From contig JACPKP010000009.1 in NCBI GenBank assembly GCA_016186955.1, positions 97,595-161,594 of the forward strand: 64,000 bases of DNA, in the 5' to 3' direction. The stretch comes from Candidatus Daviesbacteria bacterium. GTDB taxonomy: Bacteria > Patescibacteriota > Microgenomatia > Daviesbacterales > UBA10151. Positions 26,283 to 37,083 of this stretch are shown here, one piece after another; the first letter of the stretch is position 1, and each line of letters starts with the position of its first letter. The notes below the pieces were generated by a model, which saw nothing but the letters and a program-made list of their open reading frames with translations, ran no database searches and was not told where the DNA came from. A program made the position numbers and the translations under genes.

Positions 26283-28691
26283 ATGGCGCTTGATCCTATA
26301 TCACAACCAATTAAACTATCCAGGACTTTACCGGTTGGACTTCTTCGTGGTACTGTTATATTCCCGGGAAATACAGTCCCGATTGCTTCAGGTAGGCCCA
26401 GGTCAAAGGCAGCTTTAGATGTAGCTTGGGCGACCAACAGGCTGATTGTTTTTGTTACTCAAAAAAATGAACGCATTGAAGACCCCAGTGAGAGGGATCT
26501 GTATCAGGTGGGGACAGTCTGTCTGATCAAAAGGATCCTCAAAGTTGATGGAGAATACCAGATCCATGTAGAAGGTTTAGTCCGGGTTTTTATTAAAGAG
26601 TTTACACAGGCAGAACCGTATTTTGAGGCGGAAATTGAAGAGATACCGGAGCTTTTTGAAAAAAATGAGGAAACTGAAGCTTTAAGCCGTACAGTCAAAG
26701 ATCAAATCAGGAGGTTTATGGAGCTTGGCGGCGGCCCTTTACTTGATCCAGCCAGCCTGAGCAACTGGCCGTTTATTTCCCAAAATGATGATCCCAATAT
26801 GCTGGTTAACTCCATTTGCCAGATGATTGATTTTAAAACAATAGATAAACAGCAGATTCTGGAGATGATTTCGGCAGTTGACAGGTTGCGGAGAGTTTCA
26901 GAACTTTTGGCTAAAGAGATCAGAATAAATGAGATATCCCAAAAAATTTCATCACACACACAGGAGCGGGTTTCCAGGATGACCAAAGAGGCTATTTTGA
27001 GGGAACAGATGAGGAGCATTGAGGAAGAGCTGGGAGAATCCGGGGAAAACCAGGAGGTTAGGGAATTTGAATTAAAAATCCGCAAAGCTAATATGCCAAA
27101 GGAAGTCAAAGTGAAAGCCAGTAAAGAGCTTTCCAGGCTTTCCAAGATGTCTTCATACAATCCTGAGGCTGGGTATATCAGGAATTATCTGGAATGGTTG
27201 ACAGACCTTCCCTGGAAGATGAACAAGAAACTGAACCTGGATATGGGAAAAGCAGAACAAATTTTAGACGAAGACCATTATGGTTTGAAAAAGGTGAAGG
27301 AAAGAGTCTTAGAGTATTTAGCTGTATATAAACTGGCCGGTAAATTAAACGGTCCGATATTGTGTTTTGTGGGGCCGCCAGGTACAGGGAAAACCTCAAT
27401 TGGTAAGTCAATAGCAAGGGCGTTGGGCCGTAAATTTGTTAAAGTATCATTGGGGGGGATACGCGATGAGGCTGAAGTTAGGGGTCACAGGAGGACTTAT
27501 GTGGGGGCGATGCCGGGGCGTATTATACAATCAATCAAACAGGCGGGTTCTCCAAACCCGGTGTTTATGCTTGATGAGATCGACAAAATAGGAGCAGATT
27601 ACCGCGGCGACCCATCGGCTGCACTGTTGGAAGCGTTAGACCCTGAACAAAACCATGCATTTTCTGACCATTACCTGGAGGTTCCATATGACCTGTCCAA
27701 TGTCATGTTCATTACGACCGCAAATATGTTGGATACTATCCCCCCTGCTTTGCGTGACAGGCTAGAGGTTATCCCATACCCTGGGTATACCCATGAAGAA
27801 AAATTCCATATTGCCAAAAAATTCCTGATCCCTAAAATTCTGGAGTCACACGGGTTAAAAATGGCGCATATTGATTTTGAAGACCCGGCAATTTATCAGA
27901 TAATTGAGGGTTATACCAGGGAAGCCGGGGTAAGGGGGTTGGAAAGGGAACTTTCGGCAATAGTCCGAAAAATTGCCAGAAAAATTGCCGAAGGCGAGAA
28001 GCAAAAAAATATTAAGGTGACGGCTGATGAAGTAAAGAAATTTTTAGGGCCTGTAAAATTTATGCCACAACTTGCAGAGATTGAAGATATGGTGGGTGCG
28101 TCAACAGGTTTGGCTGTAATGGAATCCATAGGGGGTGATGTTTTGTTTATTGAGGTGACTTTAATGCCAGGGAAAGGACAAATCCAGATCACCGGGCATT
28201 TGGGTGATGTAATGAAGGAATCAGCGCATGCTGCGATGTCTTACGTCAGGACAAATTGGGCTATTTTGGGTTTACCCGAGAGATTTTTCCATAAATTTGA
28301 CATCCATGTCCATGTTCCTGAAGGAGCAGTGCCAAAAGACGGGCCTTCGGCAGGGATTGCCCTGACAACAGCGATTGTATCTGCTTTTACAGGGATCCCG
28401 GTCAGGAAAGATGTGGCGATGACCGGCGAGGTGACATTGCGGGGCAGGGTGCTTGAGATTGGAGGTCTGAAAGAAAAAGTACTGGCTGCACACAGGGCAG
28501 GGGTGAAACATGTGATAGCACCTGAATTTAACAGAAAAGACTTGGAAGATATCCCCCAGTATGTTTTAGGTGACCTGGAATTCCATTTTGTAAAGCATAT
28601 GGATGAGGTGCTGAAGGTAGCTTTAGTGCATCCTCCCCAACCCGGGAAAATACGCCGTATCCCCCTCACCCCCATGCCCGCACTGGCATAA
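26283..28691 (+). CDS. lon: ATP-dependent Lon protease
   Basis: Lon N-domain, AAA+ Walker [10 protein letters not shown], protease Ser motif [10 protein letters not shown], catalytic-dyad Lys region. Confidence 0.95.
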   Translation: MALDPISQPIKLSRTLPVGLLRGTVIFPGNTVPIASGRPRSKAALDVAWATNRLIVFVTQKNERIEDPSERDLYQVGTVCLIKRILKVDGEYQIHVEGLVRVFIKEFTQAEPYFEAEIEEIPELFEKNEETEALSRTVKDQIRRFMELGGGPLLDPASLSNWPFISQNDDPNMLVNSICQMIDFKTIDKQQILEMISAVDRLRRVSELLAKEIRINEISQKISSHTQERVSRMTKEAILREQMRSIEEELGESGENQEVREFELKIRKANMPKEVKVKASKELSRLSKMSSYNPEAGYIRNYLEWLTDLPWKMNKKLNLDMGKAEQILDEDHYGLKKVKERVLEYLAVYKLAGKLNGPILCFVGPPGTGKTSIGKSIARALGRKFVKVSLGGIRDEAEVRGHRRTYVGAMPGRIIQSIKQAGSPNPVFMLDEIDKIGADYRGDPSAALLEALDPEQNHAFSDHYLEVPYDLSNVMFITTANMLDTIPPALRDRLEVIPYPGYTHEEKFHIAKKFLIPKILESHGLKMAHIDFEDPAIYQIIEGYTREAGVRGLERELSAIVRKIARKIAEGEKQKNIKVTADEVKKFLGPVKFMPQLAEIEDMVGASTGLAVMESIGGDVLFIEVTLMPGKGQIQITGHLGDVMKESAHAAMSYVRTNWAILGLPERFFHKFDIHVHVPEGAVPKDGPSAGIALTTAIVSAFTGIPVRKDVAMTGEVTLRGRVLEIGGLKEKVLAAHRAGVKHVIAPEFNRKDLEDIPQYVLGDLEFHFVKHMDEVLKVALVHPPQPGKIRRIPLTPMPALA

Positions 28692-28791
28692 ATCTAATGT
28701 TCAGTACGATTTTCCTGCTTGACCATAAAACAGCTTCAGGGTAAAATTGAAATCTAGAACAAGTCTAGAGATCCTTCGGCTTCGCCTCAGG

Positions 28792-30780
28792 ATGACAACA
28801 AACATGGACTATATTTCATTATTAATTTGGGGGGCTGCAGGGGCGGCGGTTTTATATGGTTTGGCCCTGATTTGGTGGGTTTTAAGGTTGCCAACTGGTT
28901 CTGAGAAGATGATGGAGATTGCCTCAGCAATCCAGCAAGGCGCAGCTGCCTATCTGGTGCGCCAGTATAAAGTTGTGGCTGTTGTGGCAGCGATCATTGC
29001 ATTTTTAATCTCCCAATTTTTAGATTTAAACAGCGCTTTGGGGTTTTTGGTTGGTGCAGTAGCGTCTGCGCTGGCTGGTTTGATAGGCATGCTGGTTGCC
29101 GTACGGGCCAACATCAGGTGTACTGAGGCTGCAAAGAACGGGCTTCCCAGGGCTTTTGAGGTGGCTTATAAAGGCGGTACAGTCACCGGATTTTTGGTGG
29201 TAGGTTTGGCGCTGGCTGCAGTGTATGGTTTTTATCAGTATACGCATGATGTTAACGCCCTGGTTTCCCTTGGCTTTGGTGCATCACTGATCTCTGTTTT
29301 TGCCAGGCTTGGCGGCGGTATTTATACCAAGGGGGCGGATGTCGGCACTGATATGGTTGGCAAAGTTGAGGCGGGTATCCCTGAGGATGATCCCAGGAAT
29401 CCCGGGGTGATCGCTGATCTGGTGGGTGATAACGTTGGGGATGATGCGGGGATGGCGGCAGATGTTTTTGAAACTTATGTTGTAACGGCTGTGGCAGCAA
29501 TCCTTTTGGGTCAGCTATATGCTTTCCCCGGACAGCCGCAGCTGGCAATAAATTATCCTTTAAGCCTGATGGCCGGGGCAATTTTTGCATCCATTGCAGG
29601 CAGTTTGTTTGTAAAGTTAAAGGGTAGAAGTATAATGGGGACTTTATATAAAGGGTTGGTTATCTCAACAGCAATCGCGGTTTTAGTGTTTTTTGCTGTG
29701 ACGCGCCTGCTGATTGGGTCGGAAAACCTATCCTACTTTTATTCAACCTTACTTGGTCTTTTGGTAACAGCAGGGATGATGGTTATAACAGAGTATTACA
29801 CAGGGACAAAATATGATCCTGTCAAACATATTGCCCATGCTTCCCAGACAGGGCATGGCACTAATGTTATTGCAGGTCTGGCGGTTTCCCTGCAATCCAC
29901 TTTTGCGCCTATAATACTAATTTCAGCCGCAACATTTTTTGCATTTAACCTGGCCGGGCTTTACGGGATAGCGCTGGCGGTTGTTGCAATGCTTTCTTTG
30001 GCAGGGATTGTAGTGGCGATTGATGCATTCGGGCCGATAACCGATAATGCCGGGGGGATTGCGGAGATGAGCGGGTTGCCCAAAAAGGTACGGGATGTCA
30101 CAGATCCTTTAGATGCTGTAGGGAATACCACAAAAGCCGTCACCAAGGGTTATGCGATTGCTTCAGCAGGTTTGGCTGCCCTGGTTTTATTTGCAGTATA
30201 CTCTCAAAGCCTGGGTGCGGATGTGGTATTTTCACTATCTGAACCAAATGTCCTGATAGGACTTTTTATAGGTGGGGCGCTCCCCTATCTTTTTGCCTCT
30301 TTTGCCATGGAGGCAGTTGGCAAAGCAGGAGGAGCGGTGGTAGAGGAGGTCCGGCGGCAGTTTAGAACCATAAAAGGGATAATGACAGGAGAGGCAAAAC
30401 CTGATTATGCTGCTTGTGTTTCCATAGTTACGCAAGCTGCGCAAAGAGAAATGCTTGTGCCAACATTAATTCCCATCCTGGCCCCAATTGTAGTGGCGCT
30501 GTTTTTGGGTCCGCTTGCTTTAGGAGGGATGCTGATTGGGCTGATTACCACCGGGCTGTTTGTGGCCATATCTATGACTACCGGGGGGGCGGCCTGGGAT
30601 AATGCTAAAAAATATATTGAGGCAGGAAACTTGGGAGGTAAAGGCTCTTTTGCCCACCAGGCTGCAGTGACTGGAGATACAGTGGGTGATCCGTATAAAG
30701 ATACTGCCGGACCCGCTATAAACCCGATGATTAAAGTTGCGAACATAGTAGCCCTATTGTTAGTCCCATTTCTCAAATAA
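28792..30780 (+). CDS. hppA: Membrane-bound proton-translocating pyrophosphatase
   Basis: [47 protein letters not shown] and [11 protein letters not shown] signatures. Start set at the in-frame ATG after a TTG-initiated track ORF. Confidence 0.9.
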   Translation: MTTNMDYISLLIWGAAGAAVLYGLALIWWVLRLPTGSEKMMEIASAIQQGAAAYLVRQYKVVAVVAAIIAFLISQFLDLNSALGFLVGAVASALAGLIGMLVAVRANIRCTEAAKNGLPRAFEVAYKGGTVTGFLVVGLALAAVYGFYQYTHDVNALVSLGFGASLISVFARLGGGIYTKGADVGTDMVGKVEAGIPEDDPRNPGVIADLVGDNVGDDAGMAADVFETYVVTAVAAILLGQLYAFPGQPQLAINYPLSLMAGAIFASIAGSLFVKLKGRSIMGTLYKGLVISTAIAVLVFFAVTRLLIGSENLSYFYSTLLGLLVTAGMMVITEYYTGTKYDPVKHIAHASQTGHGTNVIAGLAVSLQSTFAPIILISAATFFAFNLAGLYGIALAVVAMLSLAGIVVAIDAFGPITDNAGGIAEMSGLPKKVRDVTDPLDAVGNTTKAVTKGYAIASAGLAALVLFAVYSQSLGADVVFSLSEPNVLIGLFIGGALPYLFASFAMEAVGKAGGAVVEEVRRQFRTIKGIMTGEAKPDYAACVSIVTQAAQREMLVPTLIPILAPIVVALFLGPLALGGMLIGLITTGLFVAISMTTGGAAWDNAKKYIEAGNLGGKGSFAHQAAVTGDTVGDPYKDTAGPAINPMIKVANIVALLLVPFLK

Positions 30781-30846
30781 GCGCTTTCTTCCGAGCTTGA
30801 CTACATCTGCAATTAAGTGTTCAATTAAATTAAGCCCCAACAGGGA

Positions 30847-32112
30847 ATGGAATATATGCAGGGTACAAACAATCAAACTTTCAACCAGGAGAAATTGAAA
30901 TTGCCCGGAGAAGTTAATATTGAAATTTTAGTGCATGTAATAAGAATTTTGCTGAAAACAGCCGTAGTTGCTTTTCTTTATTACAGCGGTGCCCGCTATT
31001 TTTTACCTTTGTCTGTTTATATTATTATCTCTGAAGTTTTAGACCAATTTTCTGTTTATATCAGTAAGGGAAAACCCCGTTACCAAGCATTCGTTAAGGT
31101 GTTTTATGTTATAAATTCCGTAGCTGTTATTACAACAGTAGCTTTTTTTGCCAACTGGGTCACTGATGATTTCTATTTATTTTATCTGATCCATATTTCC
31201 TCTGCCATGCTTATGTATGGTTATAAGATAGGGCTATTTAGTTTTGTGTTATCAGTAAGCCTATACAGCGGTTTACTTTTTATGAACAATGCTCCGCCCG
31301 CAATCTACTTAAGGCTACCGCTTTTATCGTTGCTGTTTTTTAGGTTGTTTATAAACCAGTATAGGTTCGGCAAGACGGAAAAGTTCTTAAACAATGTTTT
31401 GGGCATAGAAAAAGCAAAACAGGATTTTATTGCACTGGCATCACACAACCTGAGGACACCTGTTTCTGCAGTTTACGGCTATATAGACCTGCTTTTAAGG
31501 GGGGATCCAGGTCCGCTCAATGAATTGCAAACAGGCTACATTAAAAAAATAAAAATGAATAACCAGGAGCTTGAAAGGACTACTGAATCACTTTTGCAGA
31601 TCTCAATCTTTGAAATAGGGAAAGGAGTCAACCTATTTAAGCAGCCCAGTCAGATAGAGCTGGTTATTGAGGATACGGTGGAAAAGTTTACTCAGGCAGC
31701 TAAAATAAAAGGATTGGAGCTAATTTTCGAAAAAGAGACAGGTTTTCTACCTTTAGTTGATATTGATGTGCAAAAAATTACTGCAGTTTTATCAAACCTG
31801 ATGGATAATGCCATAAAATATACCAAAAAAGGAGTAATCGTAGTAAACGCTACTAAACAGGAAGACTTTATAAAAGTTTCGGTAAAAGATACAGGAGTTG
31901 GTATTCCACCGGAAGATCTACCTAAAATTTTCAATAAATTTTTCAGGTCAGGAAATGTCCTGGTTTACAACCAAACCGGAGCCGGGTTGGGGTTGTATTT
32001 GGGAAAACAGATCATTGAACTGCATGGCGGCCGGATGTCCATAGACAGTATTATTGAAAGAGGCACAACTGTTACTTTTTCTCTCCCGGTTGCGAAAAAG
32101 GAAGATTTTTGA
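30847..32112 (+). CDS. Membrane sensor histidine kinase
   Basis: Multiple N-terminal TM helices. H box IALASHNLRTPVSAVYGYIDLL, N box LMDNAIKYT, G boxes DTGVGIP and GAGLGL. Confidence 0.8.
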   Translation: MEYMQGTNNQTFNQEKLKLPGEVNIEILVHVIRILLKTAVVAFLYYSGARYFLPLSVYIIISEVLDQFSVYISKGKPRYQAFVKVFYVINSVAVITTVAFFANWVTDDFYLFYLIHISSAMLMYGYKIGLFSFVLSVSLYSGLLFMNNAPPAIYLRLPLLSLLFFRLFINQYRFGKTEKFLNNVLGIEKAKQDFIALASHNLRTPVSAVYGYIDLLLRGDPGPLNELQTGYIKKIKMNNQELERTTESLLQISIFEIGKGVNLFKQPSQIELVIEDTVEKFTQAAKIKGLELIFEKETGFLPLVDIDVQKITAVLSNLMDNAIKYTKKGVIVVNATKQEDFIKVSVKDTGVGIPPEDLPKIFNKFFRSGNVLVYNQTGAGLGLYLGKQIIELHGGRMSIDSIIERGTTVTFSLPVAKKEDF

Positions 32113-32855
32113 TGTCATCTCAATTGGTGATACCGCTTGTATTAATTGGGTTGATTGAAGCAATTTTGTTTTTACAAAGGTTGAAATATAAAGACACTAT
32201 TACAAAAATCAGGTGGTTTAATACGCAGCTTGATATATTGCGGGCGCTGTCTTTTTTGTATACTTCCAAGCACCGAACAATCAAGGCAGTAGTAAATGAT
32301 TTCGCAGCCGCATTTTTTTTACAAAACCGGTTTGACAGCTTTATATTCATCACCCTGCCTTTGGGCAAAGAAGAAATTTTTAGGGTTTCTGACAATAAAT
32401 ATAGTTATATCACGCATGACAAAATTAATACCATAAGTTATGACAGGGTTACAGAGTATGTCCAAAAGCAGAATGTTAGTAATTTTATCCGGCTTAACAA
32501 AACACTTACCCCAATGGAGGAGTACATAATAAAATATATTGAAAAAAACCAAAGCCAATTGCAAACAGCAAATAATACTTTAACAATCGATCTGAAAAAA
32601 ACCATTGGCCAATCAATAACTCTTAACGCCAAAGAGCAAATATGGCAGGTTGGTATTGTTATGCAACTTTCATATCTGGGTGAAAAATTAGGTTTTTTAT
32701 TTTTTTTATCAAAAAATCATATCTTACCTTCAAAATATGATACGGATTTTGTAAATATTATAGGAAATGTACTGTCACTGGTTATCAAAAGATTTCAATT
32801 TGACCAACTTTTATCATATCAAGCACAGCTTAAAGCTGTGGAGGTGGAATGGTAG
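32112..32855 (+). CDS. Hypothetical protein (TM N-terminus)
   Basis: Start ATG overlaps the HK stop (TGATG). No clear motif. Confidence 0.4.
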   Translation: MSSQLVIPLVLIGLIEAILFLQRLKYKDTITKIRWFNTQLDILRALSFLYTSKHRTIKAVVNDFAAAFFLQNRFDSFIFITLPLGKEEIFRVSDNKYSYITHDKINTISYDRVTEYVQKQNVSNFIRLNKTLTPMEEYIIKYIEKNQSQLQTANNTLTIDLKKTIGQSITLNAKEQIWQVGIVMQLSYLGEKLGFLFFLSKNHILPSKYDTDFVNIIGNVLSLVIKRFQFDQLLSYQAQLKAVEVEW

Positions 32856-33496
32856 CTTTGCTTGTATTAGGCCTGTTTGTAGCAGCAGCAGAATTTATAA
32901 GATTGTATTTTTTGCAGATGAAAAAAAATAAAGCGGAAAAAGCTTTAATAAAGAAGGCTAATGAAATTTATTACTTATTACTTTTAACAGGAGATGCTGC
33001 AAGAAATAAAAAAACAATAGAAGAAAGTTTTACGGAATATTCAAATGCAGTTGTGGAGGTAGTTGATTGGAAATTCCATAGCATTTGGCGGCTTGATGAA
33101 GATAAACAGGTACTCTACCTGCGTTTTACAGGCCATCTGCCCGATTGGTATATTAAAGCATTCAGTATTGGGCAGACCGGCATCAAAGTTGGGGATGCCT
33201 GTATAGGTGAGACTGTTGCCACTAAACAACCGCTTACAATAAATGATGCCGCAAATGACCCCCGTTTTAAAAATATCAATAAACTGCCTTTGCAGACAGG
33301 GTATCAGTCGTTGACAGGGAACCCTATCATGGGCAGGCTAAGGACTTATGGGGGGATTAATACATATAGTGATAAGATCAACGCTTTTAATTTACATGAT
33401 GAGCAATTTTTGATGATAGTGGGAAATTTATTGGGCATGGTTTTGGAAAACCGGTTGCTTGAAAAATACTTGACAAGTATGGTTAAAAGAGTATAG
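32849..33496 (+). CDS. GAF domain protein
   Basis: GAF-like core GDACIGETVATKQPLTINDAANDPRF. Overlaps the previous gene by 7 nt. Confidence 0.5.
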   Translation: MVALLVLGLFVAAAEFIRLYFLQMKKNKAEKALIKKANEIYYLLLLTGDAARNKKTIEESFTEYSNAVVEVVDWKFHSIWRLDEDKQVLYLRFTGHLPDWYIKAFSIGQTGIKVGDACIGETVATKQPLTINDAANDPRFKNINKLPLQTGYQSLTGNPIMGRLRTYGGINTYSDKINAFNLHDEQFLMIVGNLLGMVLENRLLEKYLTSMVKRV

Positions 33497-33508
33497 TTTA
33501 TAATAATC

Positions 33509-33919
33509 ATGGATAATACAAACCTAGTCCAACCTTCCCAAGCCCCGTCAGATAAGAAAAAAATATTGATTGTTGAAGACGATTTTTTCATCAGGGATTT
33601 GTATGAACTCCAAGCACGCAAGGCAGGTTATGATGTAGTGATTGCTGCAGATGGCGCCGAAGCCATTGAAAAAGCCAGAAAAGAGATACCTGATATCCTT
33701 TTGATCGACTTGATGTTGCCAAAAATGGATGGGTTGACTGTGATGAAGACTGTTAAAGCAGATTCCAGGTTTTCAAATACACCTTGTGTGATTGTAACTA
33801 ACCTGGAAGATGCTACCAAAGAGCAGGAAGCAAAATCAGCAGGTGCGGCAGGGTATTTATTAAAGATTCAAAATACGCCGGAAATGGTTATACAGTCTCT
33901 TGCAACTTATATTCACTAA
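33509..33919 (+). CDS. Single-domain response regulator (CheY-like receiver)
   Basis: KILIVEDDFFIRD ... DLMLPKMDG (phospho-acceptor Asp) ... Lys region. No output domain. Confidence 0.75.
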   Translation: MDNTNLVQPSQAPSDKKKILIVEDDFFIRDLYELQARKAGYDVVIAADGAEAIEKARKEIPDILLIDLMLPKMDGLTVMKTVKADSRFSNTPCVIVTNLEDATKEQEAKSAGAAGYLLKIQNTPEMVIQSLATYIH

Positions 33920-33935
33920 ATTCGTTTTTGGATAT

Positions 33936-34331
33936 TTAAACTGTTACCGGTTTGTTAGTAAGGGCATTTTTGACTTCATCAACAACCTGAAAGGGTGTTA
34001 AGGTAGCCTTAATTAAATACCCGTTGGCGCCTAAGGCAAAAGCTTCCTGTATGATTGTATCCTGGCCAAGGTTTGTCAAAAGCAATACAACCATTTGCGG
34101 ATTGATCTTTTTGACCCTGATCTGCCTTAAAACCTCAAGACCGTTTAAGTCCGGCAGCAAAATATCCAACAGTAAGATATCAAAATTTTCCTGTGAAAGC
34201 TGGGCTAAACCGGTTTTGCCGTCACCGGCTATTTTTACCAAGAAGCCTGCTTTAGTAAGTTGTCCTGCATAAAGTTCAGCTATAAAACTCTGGTCTTCAA
34301 TGATAAATACTTTTTTTTGGTCTTGCTGCAT
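33936..34331 (-). CDS. Single-domain response regulator (CheY-like receiver)
   Basis: KVFIIEDQSFIAELY ... DILLPDLNG ... receiver fold only. Convergent with the previous receiver. Confidence 0.75.
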   Translation of the reverse strand: MQQDQKKVFIIEDQSFIAELYAGQLTKAGFLVKIAGDGKTGLAQLSQENFDILLLDILLPDLNGLEVLRQIRVKKINPQMVVLLLTNLGQDTIIQEAFALGANGYLIKATLTPFQVVDEVKNALTNKPVTV

Positions 34332-34372
34332 GTTTAAAAGGTATAAGTTTTAGGCCCCAATGTCAATACTTG

Positions 34373-34446
34373 CGGCGCCAGCGGGACTCGAACCCGCGAT
34401 TTCCTGGATGAGAACCAGATGTCCTAGGCCACTAGACGATGGCGCC
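34373..34446 (-). tRNA. tRNA-Glu (anticodon CUC)
   Basis: Reverse complement folds as a cloverleaf: GGCGCCA acceptor, GTCT/AGAC D stem, anticodon loop TTCTCAT, T arm GCGGGTTCGAGTCCCGC, discriminator G. CCA is not encoded. Confidence 0.8.
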
Positions 34447-34619
34447 TAAACCCCTCTAATTTTATCAATTAAGCCTGATTTTTGCCAGTGAGCTGATATC
34501 ATTTAGCAAAATAAGAGGAGGTGTCAAGCCCTGCCTGTCGGCAGGCAGGTAACCCATCCTCCAGGTGTCCTGGTTTTTTGTTGCTTCGTCAGTAGTCGAA
34601 TGGGTGGTTGGAAAGATTA

Positions 34620-35564
34620 TCAGTTATCTTTGCTGAATTCACGCTCTTCCCAGATGAAGTTAGCATCAGATGGGTCTTGTTTTGACCTGAATTTTCTAAG
34701 CCTTAGACCTAAGGGGGCAAGCCCGCCCAAAGCCAATCCTGCCAGAGGCAGACCTGTTTTAGGCAGCTCTTTTACATTCAGTGATTCTTTGGTAATGACT
34801 GCAGGTGTTCCGCTGGAAGCAGCAACACGAGCTGCTGTAAAGCCCAAAACCTCACCTTTACTGGTGACAACTTCACCTTTTGCATTAATAGTGATGTTGT
34901 TAGTGTTATTGTTAGTCAGTGACTGGTTATTGTTTTGAGTTTGAGTTTGCGTTTGAGTTTGTGACTGGGTAATACAAACTACGGTTGACCCAATCAGCTG
35001 GGTTATAAATCCATTAGGGCACTGTTGACCCCCGGAAGGAGGTGTGGGAGTAGGTGCCAGACTAGGTGTTGGGGTTGGAGTAGGGGTTATGCTGGGTGTA
35101 GGAGTTGGGGTAGGTGTTGGGGTTGGAGTAGGGGTGGGGGTTGGAGATGGTGTGGGTGTAGGAGTCACACTAGGTGTTGGGGTTGGAGTAGGGGTTATGC
35201 TGGGTGTAGGAGTTGGGGTGGGTGTAGGAGTGGGAGTTGGCGTAGGGCACTGTTTTTTCTTTTTTGGTTTGCAAGGGCCGGGTTTATTATCCTCATTTTC
35301 ATTCCCCGCACCACCTTGATTATTTTCCGAGGAGATGTCGTTTACAGTTTCGTTGTCACATCCACCACATCCGCTTCCTTCGCTGCCACTGCCTCCAGCC
35401 GGATCAGACGGGTCATCAGCAAGTACAAAAGCAGGCCCTTTTGTGATTAATTGGTTTATGGTTTTAACGTTAAAAATACCAAAAATCAATAAAATAACAG
35501 CTCCGATTAAAAGAAGTCTTTTCAAAGATAAATTGTTTTTTGCTAATTCCATAATACTATTCAT
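34620..35564 (-). CDS. Pro/Thr-rich surface protein with LPxTG-type sorting signal
   Basis: N-terminal signal/TM helix, long (TPTPTPS)n linker, then LPKTG + hydrophobic stretch + RLRKFRSK. 19 further residues follow the charged tail. Confidence 0.6.
   Translation of the reverse strand: MNSIMELAKNNLSLKRLLLIGAVILLIFGIFNVKTINQLITKGPAFVLADDPSDPAGGSGSEGSGCGGCDNETVNDISSENNQGGAGNENEDNKPGPCKPKKKKQCPTPTPTPTPTPTPTPSITPTPTPTPSVTPTPTPSPTPTPTPTPTPTPTPTPSITPTPTPTPSLAPTPTPPSGGQQCPNGFITQLIGSTVVCITQSQTQTQTQTQNNNQSLTNNNTNNITINAKGEVVTSKGEVLGFTAARVAASSGTPAVITKESLNVKELPKTGLPLAGLALGGLAPLGLRLRKFRSKQDPSDANFIWEEREFSKDN
35040..35255. repeat. Tandem DNA repeat (about 108-nt unit duplicated, with shorter GGTGTTGGGGTTGGAGTAGGGGT sub-repeats) encoding the PT linker
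   Basis: CTAGGTGTTGGGGTTGGAGTAGGGGTTATGCTGGGTGTAGGAGTTGGGGT occurs at about 35062 and again at about 35170. Confidence 0.6.
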
Positions 35565-35618
35565 AATATTATAAGGTAGTATACACTACTATAAGTTATT
35601 TGTCAAGCATTAACATAA

Positions 35619-36422
35619 TTAATACAAAAATGACTCCTGGGGATTGCCTATTGGTTTGGCCATCTCATTTCTTCTGTCCCGCAAGCCCTTTGGCCCTTTG
35701 GCAGCAAGAAATGCTTCTACAGAAGGCCAGCCTGTTCCGATGATATAGTCAGCAGGGGTAAGGCTATCTGGGTCAGTGCATAGCTCCAAACAAACTTCCC
35801 ACTCATAAAATTTATTTGTGCCCGGGATAGGAACAGGCCCGCTCCAATCATCAAGCATTCTCCTGTACTTAAAATTTTCTTTGGCAATGCGTCTTTTTTC
35901 ATGGGTTATAGGGTTTTCATCCCATTTCCAGATATCTACCCCACCGTTAAATACATATTCAATACCTGTTGGCCGGCTTTTTAGGAAACCCGGGTCTTTC
36001 CAGATTGGATTGCCAGGGTTAAAAGCTTCAGGAGTTACATTTATACCTAAACCATTGCCCCACTCTGGTGCATGAAGCCTGAATACCTGGTGTCTTTGCC
36101 CGAAACCCCAAAACTCAACTTCAATGTTTCCGCCATTTTCAACCGGGGATAAAGGGATGTCTCCGGCACGGAAAACTTGAAGTTTTCCGTCTCGATGCAT
36201 ATCTAAAAAATGGAACCTATGCATCAAAAGTTTGCCGTACCATGTGCCAAAGCAGGTCCCTTCAGTAGGGTTACCATTTCTCGGGCAGGCCAGGGCGATA
36301 CCTGATGTATCAACTGCAGAGAGTAGCGCTGCTCCTATAGCAGCCCTGCCAAGCTTTAGAAAAGCCCTTCTTGGCATATTTTTAATTTTGGGCTTATTTT
36401 CTGCGCTAGGTTCCATTTCCAT
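35619..36422 (-). CDS. Secreted hypothetical protein with twin-arginine (Tat) signal peptide
   Basis: N-terminus ...MPRRAFLKLGRAAIGAALLSAV...ALA has the Tat RRxFLK pattern. The mature part is unassigned. Confidence 0.5.
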   Translation of the reverse strand: MEMEPSAENKPKIKNMPRRAFLKLGRAAIGAALLSAVDTSGIALACPRNGNPTEGTCFGTWYGKLLMHRFHFLDMHRDGKLQVFRAGDIPLSPVENGGNIEVEFWGFGQRHQVFRLHAPEWGNGLGINVTPEAFNPGNPIWKDPGFLKSRPTGIEYVFNGGVDIWKWDENPITHEKRRIAKENFKYRRMLDDWSGPVPIPGTNKFYEWEVCLELCTDPDSLTPADYIIGTGWPSVEAFLAAKGPKGLRDRRNEMAKPIGNPQESFLY

Positions 36423-36520
36423 AAATTATTCCAATAGTATACTATAAGTTTTAAGATTTGTCAACCCGGCAATTGACAACCAATTTGGGATGTTTTATAA
36501 TTCCTGATTACAGCGCCAAC

Positions 36521-37021
36521 ATGGCAAGTGCGACGGTTTCTAAAAGAACAACTCAAAACCTCAGAAATATTTATTTAACCCTGGAGGGATTACAAAAAGC
36601 CCGGCAGGAATTGTCATTTTTAAAAACTACCAAAAGGGATGAAATTGCAGGTACAATAGCCCTGGCTGTTGAGATGGGCAATTTAGAGGAAAATGCGGAA
36701 TATGATGCTGCTTTGAGTGAACAATCAATGGTTGAAAACCGTATTTTTGAGCTTGAACAGATCGTCAGGGAGGCTAAAATTATCAAACATGACACCAACT
36801 CAAGCGGTTTTATAACGATTGGCTCAACAGTGGTGCTTAAAATGGATAAGGATGTAGAAGAGTTTACAATTGTCGGGAGTATTGAAGCAAACCCTGCCAA
36901 AAAAATGATCTCAAATGAATCCCTTGTAGGCAGTGCGCTGCTTGGGAGGAGGGTTGGTGAAGAAGCTCAAATTACAACTCCTAGGTATTCTTATAAATGT
37001 AAAATTCTGGAAATCCGCTAG
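36521..37021 (+). CDS. greA: Transcription elongation factor GreA
   Basis: Coiled-coil N domain LTLEGLQKARQEL...EMGNLEENAEYDAA and the FKBP-like C domain. Start set at the internal ATG, since GreA is ~160 aa (the track ORF begins 21 codons earlier). Confidence 0.8.
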   Translation: MASATVSKRTTQNLRNIYLTLEGLQKARQELSFLKTTKRDEIAGTIALAVEMGNLEENAEYDAALSEQSMVENRIFELEQIVREAKIIKHDTNSSGFITIGSTVVLKMDKDVEEFTIVGSIEANPAKKMISNESLVGSALLGRRVGEEAQITTPRYSYKCKILEIR

Positions 37022-37083
37022 CATTGCTTTCAATTTAGCCTCAGAAGAGATATACTTATAAAAGTAACAAGTAAGGGGAGAAT

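Noticed and set aside
35040-35255. CRISPR array
   Set aside because: The only regular DNA repeats in the window (35040-35255 and 48455-50121) are in-frame coding repeats without unique spacers. No cas genes are present.
35025-35450. Gly/Val- and Arg/Trp-rich ORFs (35025-35450, 35044-35319) on the + strand
   Set aside because: These are low-complexity shadow frames of the minus-strand PT-repeat gene. The PT protein has a signal peptide and sorting signal, the shadows have nothing.
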